A stretch of 37,528 nucleotides of DNA, taken from positions 1 to 37,528 of the IMG/VR virus record IMGVR_UViG_3300037855_000079; one strand, 5' to 3'. The position numbers and the translations under genes are program-made. This DNA is from a virus. Taxonomy: Duplodnaviria; Caudoviricetes. Shown one piece after another: positions 9,286 to 18,454 of the stretch. The notes beneath the pieces were generated by a model, which searched no databases, was not told where the DNA came from, and was given only the letters and a program-made list of their open reading frames with translations. Position 1 is the first letter of the stretch. The number at the start of each line of letters is the position of its first letter.

Positions 9286-10521
9286 TTAGGCAGCAGCGCC
9301 GATATCGGCCAGTGTCGCGGTGAACGAAGCTTGCGCGGAGGCCAGCGACAGGAATTCCCGGTACATACCCGGCACCCGGTAGCCCCAAACCTCGATCACG
9401 CGCATCGGCGTTGCCTCAATAAATTCAAGCTTGAAGAACAAGATCCCATCGGCGATCTGCTGCGGAGTGTTGAGGTCTTCCGGCAGCTCGAACCTGAAGC
9501 CGTTCAAAGCGCCTTTCTGCATCAGCCCAAGGCCGAACTCATGGGCGACTGAACCGATGTGGCGAATGGCATGGATTTTGGTTGGCTTACCGATGAACGG
9601 CAGCAAGCCGCCTTCCAGGCTGTCATAGAGCTTGTCGGCGACACGGCGGCCGACGATGGTGCCGCCCAAGGCGCGGGCGGGATCAAGGGTCATGCCGCCC
9701 CAAGTCCAAAAGCCCTTCTTCCGATAGAGGGTAGAGATGTCAGAGGCGTTCAAGATATTCGCCTCAGAGTTGGTTTGACCAAGCCGCCAATCGATCGGGC
9801 GTGCCATCCCTTCGATGTTCACGTCCTTGTTGTCGTTCGACCACCAAAAACCCTCTTCCAGATCAAGCCGGGATTGCAGACCGGCATAGATCGCAGATCC
9901 CGGCATGTTGATCGTGTCGGCTGCATCCGTGTCGAACATCAACACGTGCGGATCAATGATCTGGAGCCGGTCAGAATTGTAGTTCTGGCGTGCCGCAATG
10001 GCGTCGGCCGTCGTGGTGTTCGGGCCATCGGCAAACACGAACGACCGGATACGATCAGCAACATCGGTCATTGCGTTGATGACCGCGTCGGCCTCGGGTC
10101 CAGCAGCCGCGTTGGCAAAGCCCGGTGCACACAGGAGATCCGGCTCAAAGTCAAGCAAACCGCTACAAGCCAAGCCTGCGTAGATGCCGGACTTGTCCGT
10201 CTCGCTGCCGATAATCGCAGCTTTCTGCTGGGCGGGATCCACCGTCTCTTCCACACGCACAACTGCAATCTTGCCGGACTGCCGCTTGTACTGCCGCCAA
10301 GTCGCCTTCAAGGCTGCTTTCAAGGTGCCCTGCGTGCCGAGATCATCGACCTGCGCGATATCGCCCAGGATCGGCGTTGGCACATTGAGCGGGAACTTGT
10401 CGTTGTCGGCAGCTGGCGCGGTGCCGTACATGATGATTTCACCGGCATCGCCGACACGAATGCGCGGTGTCGCGGCGGTTTTATCGCTCGCGAAGACGCC
10501 GTGTTTGTAGTTCGTAGACAT
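9286..10521 (-). CDS. Contractile tail sheath protein (P2 FI-like)
   Basis: 411 aa; YKHGV, FPLNVP, LGTQGTL, LLCAPGF, GFWWSNDN, GFWTWG motifs. Confidence 0.93.
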   Translation of the reverse strand: MSTNYKHGVFASDKTAATPRIRVGDAGEIIMYGTAPAADNDKFPLNVPTPILGDIAQVDDLGTQGTLKAALKATWRQYKRQSGKIAVVRVEETVDPAQQKAAIIGSETDKSGIYAGLACSGLLDFEPDLLCAPGFANAAAGPEADAVINAMTDVADRIRSFVFADGPNTTTADAIAARQNYNSDRLQIIDPHVLMFDTDAADTINMPGSAIYAGLQSRLDLEEGFWWSNDNKDVNIEGMARPIDWRLGQTNSEANILNASDISTLYRKKGFWTWGGMTLDPARALGGTIVGRRVADKLYDSLEGGLLPFIGKPTKIHAIRHIGSVAHEFGLGLMQKGALNGFRFELPEDLNTPQQIADGILFFKLEFIEATPMRVIEVWGYRVPGMYREFLSLASAQASFTATLADIGAAA

Positions 10522-10607
10522 GACAGTCTTCCTTTCTCTCCGGCGCTAGATGCGCGCCCTGCGTTTGCCGGTTTCGATCGGCGCGAAAATTTGGGATTTG
10601 AGGCGGA

Positions 10608-11090
10608 TCACAGCGGCCATCCTTGTTGGATCTCCGCAGGCCGGTGATCTTCGATCAGCCCGGCCGCCAGCACGCTTTCCAGGCCAAGCGCAATGTCCGG
10701 ATGCTGGACGTCCACGTCTTCAAGCTGCGGGTCTTCCAGATCGCCAAAAAAGATGTCCAGGGCGCGCTTCAGCTCGCGGGCGGTTTCGCGCTGCGTGTCA
10801 TCTGAAATCGCGTCAATCACCGCCTGGTCCCGCGCCCGGTCGATCGCCATACGCTCACCATGAGTGAACAGGCGCTGGAACTCTCGCGGGGTTACAAGTG
10901 TCCTGTAGATCGGGACAGGCTCGCCCGCATCTGGTGCGGGAGGATTGGTGAAGGTCTCGCCGTCATAGGCCGCCCCTTGAACCGTCGTGTCCGGACATTC
11001 GATCCAGACCCAATCAGCCGGATACCGGCCGGACGGGTTCCAGGACACGATTTCAACGGCGATACCGTCAACGATGCGCGCATGTTTCAT
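10608..11090 (-). CDS. Hypothetical protein, probable tail fibre-associated/assembly protein
   Basis: 160 aa after the Gly-rich gene; N-terminal ARIVDG...WIECP...GAAYDGETFTNP pattern typical of fibre-linked small proteins. Confidence 0.55.
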   Translation of the reverse strand: MKHARIVDGIAVEIVSWNPSGRYPADWVWIECPDTTVQGAAYDGETFTNPPAPDAGEPVPIYRTLVTPREFQRLFTHGERMAIDRARDQAVIDAISDDTQRETARELKRALDIFFGDLEDPQLEDVDVQHPDIALGLESVLAAGLIEDHRPAEIQQGWPL

Positions 11091-11101
11091 GGGGAAGCTC
11101 C

Positions 11102-12175
11102 TCAGGCCGCGTTGAAGAAAATCAGGACGGCACCGTCTCCGCCGTTGCCACCGGTAGCCCCGCCAGTGGTCCCGGCTCCCGCACCGCCGCCACCGCCATT
11201 GCCGCCATGGCCGCCGATTTGGGCTGCGCCGCCACCGCCGCCAAAACCGCCATTGCCGCCTTGCTGAAAGCTGCTGAACCCACCGCCGCCAGCGCCGGTA
11301 CCGCCATCGGCACCAAGCGTTTTGGAGCGCGCGCCACCGCCGCCGTCCATGTCATGGAGGTCCCACCAGTCAGCGCTGTGACCAAACGGGTCGGCATAGC
11401 CATACGTTGTGTCGTAGGTGATCCCGCCTCGGGCGGTCAGACCCGACGCTGCGGTCTCACTCGCCAAGCTGCTGCGGCCGGGAAAATGGCTGGACGCACC
11501 GGTTCCATTGTTGGACGGCCCGCCCCAGCCGGATCCGCCTGCATCTAGTGCCTCGAACCCGTCAGATCTCGGGCCACCGGATGAGCCGCCACCTAGCACC
11601 ACCGTTGCGGACCCAGCGCCTCCGGTGCGGTTGACATCGCCGCCCGTGGCCGTGCCACCCGCAGCACCTGCAGCCTTGCCGCCTTCACCACCGTTCACAA
11701 CAAGGCTGACGCCTCGGGCTGCGCAGATCACAGTCGTGGTGCCGCCGTTGTTGCCATCCACATTGTGGATCGCGCCATCCCCGCCACCGCCAACAGTGAC
11801 GGTAAAGACGTCGCCCGCAACGACTTCGATGTCGAGTTCGGCAAAACCACCCCCGGCACCGGGTCTGCGCTGGCCACCCCCGCCGCCAGGGCCGAGAGCC
11901 TGTATCCGGATTTTCCCGTCAGCTGCAGCTGTCCAGCTGTATGCGCCAGCCGTCAGGAACATGGCTCTGCGCGAATAGCCATTCGATCCCGGCCCGGATG
12001 CACTTGTACCGGCCGCCCCACTACCGGATTGGGCCCCCGACAGAAGAGCGTTTCGTACGAGGATCTGAGCGGCTGCAAGCTCCGCCTGTTCGGCGGTACC
12101 GGTTGCCGGATCATAGGTTTGTGCAGCAGTAGACAAAGCGTCCAGGAGTGCTGTTTGTGTGGCTTCCAAAGTCAT
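11102..12175 (-). CDS. Glycine-rich tail fibre/adhesin-like protein
   Basis: 357 aa with many GGGGG/GGxGG runs; located right after the fibre gene. Confidence 0.7.
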   Translation of the reverse strand: MTLEATQTALLDALSTAAQTYDPATGTAEQAELAAAQILVRNALLSGAQSGSGAAGTSASGPGSNGYSRRAMFLTAGAYSWTAAADGKIRIQALGPGGGGGQRRPGAGGGFAELDIEVVAGDVFTVTVGGGGDGAIHNVDGNNGGTTTVICAARGVSLVVNGGEGGKAAGAAGGTATGGDVNRTGGAGSATVVLGGGSSGGPRSDGFEALDAGGSGWGGPSNNGTGASSHFPGRSSLASETAASGLTARGGITYDTTYGYADPFGHSADWWDLHDMDGGGGARSKTLGADGGTGAGGGGFSSFQQGGNGGFGGGGGAAQIGGHGGNGGGGGAGAGTTGGATGGNGGDGAVLIFFNAA

Positions 12176-12184
12176 GGCCGGTCC

Positions 12185-12973
12185 TTACAATCCGACACGC
12201 GCAAACAAACGCGTGGCTCTGTTTTCAGGGGAAGAGCTGTGGCTGGAGAGAGCGGCCTTCAGGCCCTGCGGGTGCACCTTGAGTTCCGTGCTTACGCCCT
12301 CAACAGTCGCCTCATTCGTTGCAAAGGGCGCACCGCCCAAGGCCTTCGCCGCCTCGGTAGGCGACACGCGCTTGTGTTCTTCGGCCGAGGTGTCCTTCAG
12401 CACGAACGCATCTTCATCCATATCGATCTGAGACGCGTTGATCGGGGCGAGCCCTTCGATCGCCAGTTTCAAGGTGCGGTCGGCCGAGAGGTCTCCGCCG
12501 CCGATCAAGCCTTCTTGAGTGTTGATCTGGCGGTTTGCGGGGACATAAGCGCCGATGGTCTGGATCTGGATCACGAGGTTTTCCAGATCGGAGAAGGCGA
12601 TAACCGTGCGGATCTGGGCTTCCGCATTTTGTCCGGACCCAGCCACCGGCTTGTTGATCGGCGGGTCGTAGTGAACGACCGCGATCATGTCGCCGTCTTG
12701 ATCGAAAAGCCCGGCTTCGCGAATAACAAATGGCCCGTCGTCGGCCTCCAGAAGCGCGTCAAAATAGGATGCATTCGGCGCACCTGTCGCGACACCCTGG
12801 GCAATGATCGGCTTTCGGATCAGCTCATTTTCAAGTGCGGTTTCACCACCGGACGGGATGCGGTTGCCATCACCAAAGGCAAGTTCGGTCAGGACAAGCG
12901 GCACAGCATTGGCAAGCGATAACGCTTCCTTGTTTTTTCCGGTGGTCGTCAGGATGGAATAGGTGGTCTGCAC
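12185..12973 (-). CDS. Tail fibre protein, P2 gpH-like N-terminal baseplate-attachment domain
   Basis: YSILTTTG..., AFGDGN, GPFVIREAGLFD, GLIGGGDLSADRTL motifs. Start re-assigned to GTG at 12973 behind an AAGGAGG RBS (track start 13027 overlaps gpI). Confidence 0.85.
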   Translation of the reverse strand: MQTTYSILTTTGKNKEALSLANAVPLVLTELAFGDGNRIPSGGETALENELIRKPIIAQGVATGAPNASYFDALLEADDGPFVIREAGLFDQDGDMIAVVHYDPPINKPVAGSGQNAEAQIRTVIAFSDLENLVIQIQTIGAYVPANRQINTQEGLIGGGDLSADRTLKLAIEGLAPINASQIDMDEDAFVLKDTSAEEHKRVSPTEAAKALGGAPFATNEATVEGVSTELKVHPQGLKAALSSHSSSPENRATRLFARVGL

Positions 12974-12974
12974 G

Positions 12975-13616
12975 TCAAACCTCCTTCGGATGTGCTGTGA
13001 TGAAAAGACGGATGAGGGAAGAAACACCGGCGCGGGCCTGTGCCGTCACTTCCGGCGGCGCAATGGCCAGCGGAAAGGCGGTAATAACCAGCCGGACCAA
13101 AGGGAAAACGCCTGCATAAACCGGCGTGGTGTTTGCGGTCAGCAAGCGCAGGGAATAGTGCCGGGACAGCGGTTTGGAACTGTCGATCGCAGCAAAGGCC
13201 AGCCGCCAGATCTTGTCGGTAAACAGATCCGTACCGTTCACTTCACCGATGATATCGAACGTGCCTGGAACCCCTTCCGGCGCTTTCTCAAACCATTCAA
13301 CAATCTCGGCGTTGATGTTGAGCAAGGAAAGCGCCAGGCGCACGGCCGGTTCCGTTCCAGCTGTTCGGTGGATCTCCCATAAGGCGTCGATCGCGCGGCG
13401 TTGCTGGGCTTCCGTCCAGTCGGGATCCCAAAATGGGGCTTTGGCCTCATGCGCCCGCCATGCAAGGTACTTTGAAGGCACTTTAAACGGGTCGTTAAAG
13501 TGCTTTAAATCGGCGACCTCGCCGCGCAAAACTTCAACGCCCGGATCACCTACGGAGAAGACACGCTTTTCGTGTTCGGTGGCATAGTCTGTCGGGAGTG
13601 TTCTCGGATCAGCCAT
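12975..13616 (-). CDS. Tail protein I (P2 gpI-like baseplate wedge)
   Basis: 213 aa; YLAWRA, WDPDW, HRTAGT, IVEWFE, KPLSRH motifs. Confidence 0.9.
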   Translation of the reverse strand: MADPRTLPTDYATEHEKRVFSVGDPGVEVLRGEVADLKHFNDPFKVPSKYLAWRAHEAKAPFWDPDWTEAQQRRAIDALWEIHRTAGTEPAVRLALSLLNINAEIVEWFEKAPEGVPGTFDIIGEVNGTDLFTDKIWRLAFAAIDSSKPLSRHYSLRLLTANTTPVYAGVFPLVRLVITAFPLAIAPPEVTAQARAGVSSLIRLFITAHPKEV

Positions 13617-14502
13617 TGATGACCTCCGCGCTCAAAGAGAGCGTGGTGCACCGGGCGATTTCCGTTGGACCCACGGCAACATCACCGGCAGCTTGCAGAT
13701 CCACCCACTCAACACCGGGGACGGACAAGGCCGCATACTGCACAGACAGCGGAATTCCGATCCCAATGCGGGACCGGTTCGCGAGCATCTGCTGCCAGGA
13801 TGCAAGTGCGGCTTCCAGGATCTCCGCTTGGCCGGGGCCGTTGCTAATCTTCAGAACAGCCGTCCGGCTAAACTCGATGATTGTCGCAGGCCGAGGTGTG
13901 ACCCTGTCTCCGATCGGTCTGACAGTCTTTGCAGAACATGCTTCGTAAACTGCAGATAACAGATCCACTGATGCGGGCGCGGAAAGGTCAAGCGGTGCGA
14001 TCCAGATATCAATGAGGCAGGGGCTTGGGCTGTCTGCCCAAACATCCAGAAGACCGGGGACAGAGCGTGCCCAATACTCATAGGCATCGCCCGGACCGGC
14101 AACGGACCAAGCGGCTGGCGCAAGCCAGATCCGGTGCCGGTAATCGTCATCGGCCTCCATTTCGGCCGGAACGGGCGGCACAGCATCCGGGTCGCCTTCG
14201 CTTTTAACCAGGCGCGGTGTTCGGCGCTCCCATCCCCAGACATCAAGATCCGCTTTCTCTGCGGTCGCCAGCCGGTTGGCACGGGACGCCTGGTTGATCC
14301 GCTGGCGCACCAGCATTTCCGCATGGGCGTCTGCGCCAAGGTGCGCGCGCACCGGCTCAAACTCACTGCTGTCTTCAAACTCAGTGTCCAGCTCGGAGTA
14401 TTTCTCAAGCTGGCGCTGATAGAGTTTCGAATAGTCGATTTCCTCAACCATCGACGGCGGCGTCTGATCACCGATTGGAACCACACCGAACGCAAGGCTC
14501 AT
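13609..14502 (-). CDS. Baseplate J-like protein
   Basis: 297 aa; EADDDYRHRI, SVAGPGDAYEYWA, VRPIGDRV motifs. Confidence 0.92.
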   Translation of the reverse strand: MSLAFGVVPIGDQTPPSMVEEIDYSKLYQRQLEKYSELDTEFEDSSEFEPVRAHLGADAHAEMLVRQRINQASRANRLATAEKADLDVWGWERRTPRLVKSEGDPDAVPPVPAEMEADDDYRHRIWLAPAAWSVAGPGDAYEYWARSVPGLLDVWADSPSPCLIDIWIAPLDLSAPASVDLLSAVYEACSAKTVRPIGDRVTPRPATIIEFSRTAVLKISNGPGQAEILEAALASWQQMLANRSRIGIGIPLSVQYAALSVPGVEWVDLQAAGDVAVGPTEIARCTTLSLSAEVING

Positions 14503-14858
14503 GAGATCACCTCGCTCAAGTCGATCGGGTTTCCGGTCTCTTTGGAAATCGCGTTGATGTAGACGCGGTGTTCGCCATCGGCGGCTTGTTCCGGCGTCAC
14601 CCCATCGTCTTCACCGCCAAAGCGGATGGTCTTCAGCTCAAGCCGCTTTTCGTGGGTCTGGATGGCCTCGGCGACACCGGCCCGGACAAGTTGGACTTCA
14701 TACGGATTGCCGGGCCTGCCAATGGACCTGGGCAGATCGCAGGTCAGGTGACGGCGCATGATCAATGAGCCGTGCGTTTTAAGCAGGCGTTTGACCGCCT
14801 GCACAATCCGCGCGTCCCCATAGATCCGCCGTCCCGTCTCTGCGTCATACCCGGCCAT
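14499..14858 (-). CDS. Baseplate wedge protein W / gp25-like
   Basis: 119 aa; MAGYDAETGR, LKTHGSLIMRR, AIQTHEKRL; located between V and J. Confidence 0.85.
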   Translation of the reverse strand: MAGYDAETGRRIYGDARIVQAVKRLLKTHGSLIMRRHLTCDLPRSIGRPGNPYEVQLVRAGVAEAIQTHEKRLELKTIRFGGEDDGVTPEQAADGEHRVYINAISKETGNPIDLSEVIS

Positions 14859-14861
14859 CGA

Positions 14862-15089
14862 TTATTTGCCCTTCGGCTTTTCAGCCGCGGACTTGTCTTC
14901 GCGCAGCTCCAATGTGCCGTTCGTCACAAGGAACCGGGCGGTCTCCTTGGACATCTTCACGCCGTTCTTTTTGATCTCCGGATCATCCGGCTTGATTGGG
15001 CGGCCGTACCGGTAAAACGCCTTCTTCACATCAAAGGTGAAGAGCGGTGGTTTCTTGGCTTCAGCTTGAGGTGCGGGGGAACGTCTCAT
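14862..15089 (-). CDS. Small basic hypothetical protein
   Basis: 75 aa filling the gap between V and W; start overlaps V stop. Confidence 0.6.
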   Translation of the reverse strand: MRRSPAPQAEAKKPPLFTFDVKKAFYRYGRPIKPDDPEIKKNGVKMSKETARFLVTNGTLELREDKSAAEKPKGK

Positions 15090-15595
15090 ACGGGTTCTCC
15101 TGTGAGTTCTGGGCCGCGTTTGACCTTGTCGTGTTTGTGGTCGTGGCCAACGTTCGTGCCGTTGTGGGTGAAGGAAGCACCGGTCACGTCGAATGCGCCT
15201 TCGATCTTCACATCGCCCTCAAAGGCGAAGCCGTCATCGTTGATCGTCAGCGTCTTGCCTTCCGGCGAGATCGCCTTCAGGACCCTGGTGTCCGTGCTGG
15301 CGGCTTCATGGTCATCATCGGGAAGGCAGGGCAGAAAAACGCCGTTCGCCGGGTCGCCATCCGGGCAAAACACGAGCCCCTGCGCGCCCGCATCCGCTGG
15401 CGCGTCAATCTTCCATGCGCCGGCGCTTAATGAGACCTGCGACAGTTCACCGGAAACAAAGCCGGTCCCATCTTCAACGATCACCTTGCCGTTGCGGTTT
15501 TCCTTGACCTTCACCTTGCGAAGGACGTTGGCCTGGCGGCGTTCAACCTCGGCCAACCGCTCAAGGATCTGCAGCATCGGGTCCGACTTAGGCAT
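15086..15595 (-). CDS. Baseplate spike protein V (P2 gpV-like)
   Basis: 169 aa; OB-like N-terminus, beta-helix region, C-terminal HxH iron-binding motif (HDHKHDKV). Confidence 0.88.
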   Translation of the reverse strand: MPKSDPMLQILERLAEVERRQANVLRKVKVKENRNGKVIVEDGTGFVSGELSQVSLSAGAWKIDAPADAGAQGLVFCPDGDPANGVFLPCLPDDDHEAASTDTRVLKAISPEGKTLTINDDGFAFEGDVKIEGAFDVTGASFTHNGTNVGHDHKHDKVKRGPELTGEPV

Positions 15596-16100
15596 CAGGC
15601 CCTCCCGTCTGGCGCTGCGTCACAGCACCCTGCACATCAAACAGGTGGAACGTTTGCTGCCACTCGATTTGCCAGATCGTGGTGCCCTTCTTGTCCAGGG
15701 ACGGCGAATAGTGATTGGCGGCGAAGAGACCGGACGGCTTGTTCGCACCAGCAAGGCCAAAGCGGTTGCCGTCAACAAACAGCGTTGCGGCCCCAACCAG
15801 GTCAGCGAGATCGCCAGACTGTTTTGCCCGGCGCTCAGAGGGCGGCACCAGAAACACACCAAGGCGCAAGACGATCTTCTGCGCGCCGTTGGCATGTGCG
15901 CCCACTTCCGCAATCCGGCCGATCCCAACAAAGGCGGCTCCAGATCTCGGGACTGCGTTCTTGGCAAGAAACGCTTCGGTCAAGATGCCGGGTGACGGTT
16001 CAACCTTCGCGCTGGAAGCCAGCAGCTCGGCAGATTTGATGGAGGTGGCAACCGCGCCTTGAATATCGCTGAGTGTTTTGGGTTGGATCAGACCGCTCAT
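15588..16100 (-). CDS. Probable tail terminator/completion protein (Mu gp37-like)
   Basis: 170 aa; ANHYSPSLDKKGTTIWQIEWQQ pattern; position in neck cluster. Confidence 0.65.
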   Translation of the reverse strand: MSGLIQPKTLSDIQGAVATSIKSAELLASSAKVEPSPGILTEAFLAKNAVPRSGAAFVGIGRIAEVGAHANGAQKIVLRLGVFLVPPSERRAKQSGDLADLVGAATLFVDGNRFGLAGANKPSGLFAANHYSPSLDKKGTTIWQIEWQQTFHLFDVQGAVTQRQTGGPDA

Positions 16101-16576
16101 TGCAGCACCTCCCCAACAAAGCGCAGGGCCGCACCTTCAAGCTCGCGGGCATTGTCCTGGCTGATCCCCACATAGGGCCGCGCCGGGATCGTGACTTCCT
16201 TGGCAAAGACCGGACTGCCGCCGATCGAAAAGGCAAGGATCTTAGCACTGTCCGGTTTGATTACCGCGCCGAACTGGTGGACGGCGGCATAGACCAGGGC
16301 AGATCCCCACGCGACCGCATCAGAGCCATCGGCCTGGTGATCAATGCTGTCCGCCAACGCCCCTGTTTGAAACAGAAGGGAAGAGCCTTCCGCATTCGCT
16401 GGCCAGGCTTCGCCGTCCGGTCCCGTCTTTTCCTCTTCCAGCCGCCGTTTGGTCTGGCTGGCACCAAGCGCACCCAGACCGTCCAGCAGCTCGGACTTGT
16501 CCAGCCCGGCCGCGCGATCAAGGGCCGCAATCGGCTCGTCAAACTGGAAAGAGGTTATGAACTGAAATCCGCTCAT
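16097..16576 (-). CDS. Phage virion morphogenesis protein (Mu gpG / P2 gpS family)
   Basis: GPDGEAW, LFQTGALADSI, YAAVHQFG, IPARPYVGIS motifs. Confidence 0.92.
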   Translation of the reverse strand: MSGFQFITSFQFDEPIAALDRAAGLDKSELLDGLGALGASQTKRRLEEEKTGPDGEAWPANAEGSSLLFQTGALADSIDHQADGSDAVAWGSALVYAAVHQFGAVIKPDSAKILAFSIGGSPVFAKEVTIPARPYVGISQDNARELEGAALRFVGEVLQ

Positions 16577-16577
16577 C

Positions 16578-17027
16578 TCACCACTCGCTGAATTCTGAGC
16601 GGGAGAACTGGCGCTCCGGCGCGATCATCTGAACATCGGAAGTGGTCGCAGCTGCAGGCCCGTTTTCGTCTTGCCCTGTGCCCTGTTTGGTCACCGGAAG
16701 ATCGGCAACGCCTTTGGCCACCGACTTGAGATAGTCGATCGAGGCTTTGTAGCGTTCCTTGATGTCCTCAGTGACCTCATTGGCAGTGCGCGCCAGATGG
16801 TAGGTGGCAATCGCAACCGCATGGACCCTCAACACCGGGATTGCTGCCGGGTCAATCACGGGAACCGGGTAGCGGCTCGCAAGCCACCCGTCCATTTCGG
16901 CACTGGCGGAGACCAGGGCCTTGTCAATGCCGGAGACATCAGCCGCGCCGTCTCCATCGGTATCCCCGATGAAGCTTTGGCTTTCCTCTGCCTCCAGCCA
17001 GTCCTGTGCGATTGCATAAGCCATCAC
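16578..17027 (-). CDS. Head-tail adaptor, Mu gp36-like (DUF1320)
   Basis: ASAEMDGWLASRYPVP, IATYHL, ERYKASIDYLKSVAKG motifs. Confidence 0.9.
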   Translation of the reverse strand: MMAYAIAQDWLEAEESQSFIGDTDGDGAADVSGIDKALVSASAEMDGWLASRYPVPVIDPAAIPVLRVHAVAIATYHLARTANEVTEDIKERYKASIDYLKSVAKGVADLPVTKQGTGQDENGPAAATTSDVQMIAPERQFSRSEFSEW

Positions 17028-17440
17028 GCGCCGGGTGCCTCCAGACGTGCTTTCAGCGTGTCGCGCTGCTCATCGGTCAAACCGGCAAGAGCTGCGGTGA
17101 CATCAGCCTTGGACAGGTCCCGGTCGATCGCGGCTTCGATCGCAGCAACCTTGGGCGATCCATCCTTGTTGAAGTCTTCCGGCGTCAAGTCTTCCAGAAC
17201 GGCCTTGATGATGGCAGCTCCAGCGTCCTCTTCAGTGCCGGTCGGATCGTCAGCTGTGGCATCTGCTGTACCGAACCGCAGGGACAGGACAGGATCGTCT
17301 TCCAGGCGCTGAAGTTCGGTTTCGGAAAGCTCCGCTACATTGAGCGGCACCGGCTCTTTTGCCTTGAAAAGACGGCCAATCCGCCAGCGGTCACGGCTCG
17401 CGGTCACAGTGACCACGTCTTGTTCTGCATTTTTGGTCAT
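17024..17440 (-). CDS. Mu gp35/HI1506-like hypothetical virion protein
   Basis: 138 aa after capsid; RWRIGRLF...LEDDPVL and DFNKDGSPKV patterns. Confidence 0.7.
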   Translation of the reverse strand: MTKNAEQDVVTVTASRDRWRIGRLFKAKEPVPLNVAELSETELQRLEDDPVLSLRFGTADATADDPTGTEEDAGAAIIKAVLEDLTPEDFNKDGSPKVAAIEAAIDRDLSKADVTAALAGLTDEQRDTLKARLEAPGA

Positions 17441-17444
17441 GGTT

Positions 17445-17502
17445 GGTCTCCAAAGAGACCCGGACGGATACCGTCCGGATCTTGGCGCCCAGTTCTTTGG
17501 GC
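17445..17502. repeat. Three adjacent inverted repeats (hairpins) downstream of capsid gene
   Basis: GGTCTC-CAAA-GAGACC (17445-17460), CCGGACGG-ATA-CCGTCCGG (17460-17478), GCCCA-GTTCTT-TGGGC (17487-17502). Confidence 0.7.
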
Positions 17503-17507
17503 TTGCG

Positions 17508-18407
17508 TCAGGCGAGATGCGGCGAGACGAACAGCTCGGTAATCCCTTTCAGGATGTTGTCTTCACCGCCCGTCTTGCGGGCCTGTTCCAGAAGCTCCCG
17601 CGCTTTCCACTGGTTGGAAGACCCAACCACCAGCAGGTTCGGCTTGATCGCGAGCTTGCCGCCCTGATCGTTCTGAAGGTCAGTCATTGACTGATAGGCC
17701 GACTTGAAGTTGGCCTCTGTTAGGTCCGCCTTGGAGCCGAACGCCATTTGCCAGAAGCTGTAACCAACGTTGGCGCGGGCTTCGATGCCGTACAGATACT
17801 CGTTCTTCATGAAGACCCGCTCCGTTGTGTTCGGATCGGTCATCTGAGCGAATTGAGGTTTCTTGCGCATTTGCAAGATGATCGGTTTCAAGGCCTGCGT
17901 GGTGTCCATAAGGAACCAGGGCGCGCCGCCACCAGCTTGCATGTTGGAGACGGTTCGAAGAGTACCTTCGGCTTTGTCACCAACCGGGTGGTCGGTATCA
18001 AAGAAGTTCTGCCCGTCGTAACAGGCTGTGCTGAACCCGGCTGCGAGCGCTGGCCAGACCAACTCATCTGGCCAGCGGGCCGCTGCCCGGCCTTGTGCTT
18101 GGAAGAGTTTGGAATAAACGCCGAGGTTGTCGTCTTCGATGTGCTTTTTCAGAACGCCGACAGTGTTTTCAAAGTCCTCGTTCTCGATGGCGTATTTGTG
18201 CGCGGCGACGGCTTTGACGACACGGTCGCCAACCCACTTGCGCAAAGACGGCCATTGGCCAAGCCAGCCATATTCGTTTTGAGCTGTAGTCGAAGAGATT
18301 TCTTCGGCCACCATGTTCCAGGTGGGCGTAACTTCATCAAAGCCCGCCTGGTAATTCGATTTGAAGCCGACGCCGAGCGTCTGAAGATTTGCTCCGGTGA
18401 GTTCCAT
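17508..18407 (-). CDS. Major capsid protein (Mu gpT family)
   Basis: 299 aa; YGWLGQWPSLRKWVGDR, IEDDNLG, CYDGQNFFDTDHPV, FWQMAFGS. Confidence 0.96.
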   Translation of the reverse strand: MELTGANLQTLGVGFKSNYQAGFDEVTPTWNMVAEEISSTTAQNEYGWLGQWPSLRKWVGDRVVKAVAAHKYAIENEDFENTVGVLKKHIEDDNLGVYSKLFQAQGRAAARWPDELVWPALAAGFSTACYDGQNFFDTDHPVGDKAEGTLRTVSNMQAGGGAPWFLMDTTQALKPIILQMRKKPQFAQMTDPNTTERVFMKNEYLYGIEARANVGYSFWQMAFGSKADLTEANFKSAYQSMTDLQNDQGGKLAIKPNLLVVGSSNQWKARELLEQARKTGGEDNILKGITELFVSPHLA

Positions 18408-18454
18408 TTTGAAAAGTCTCCGCTAACGGCCGATACAGCCGGGTGAAAGGCTGA

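Noticed and set aside
11102-12175. Gly-codon repeats as possible DGR variable repeat or CRISPR-like array
   Set aside because: Low-complexity coding sequence; no reverse transcriptase, template repeat or repeat-spacer structure anywhere in the window.
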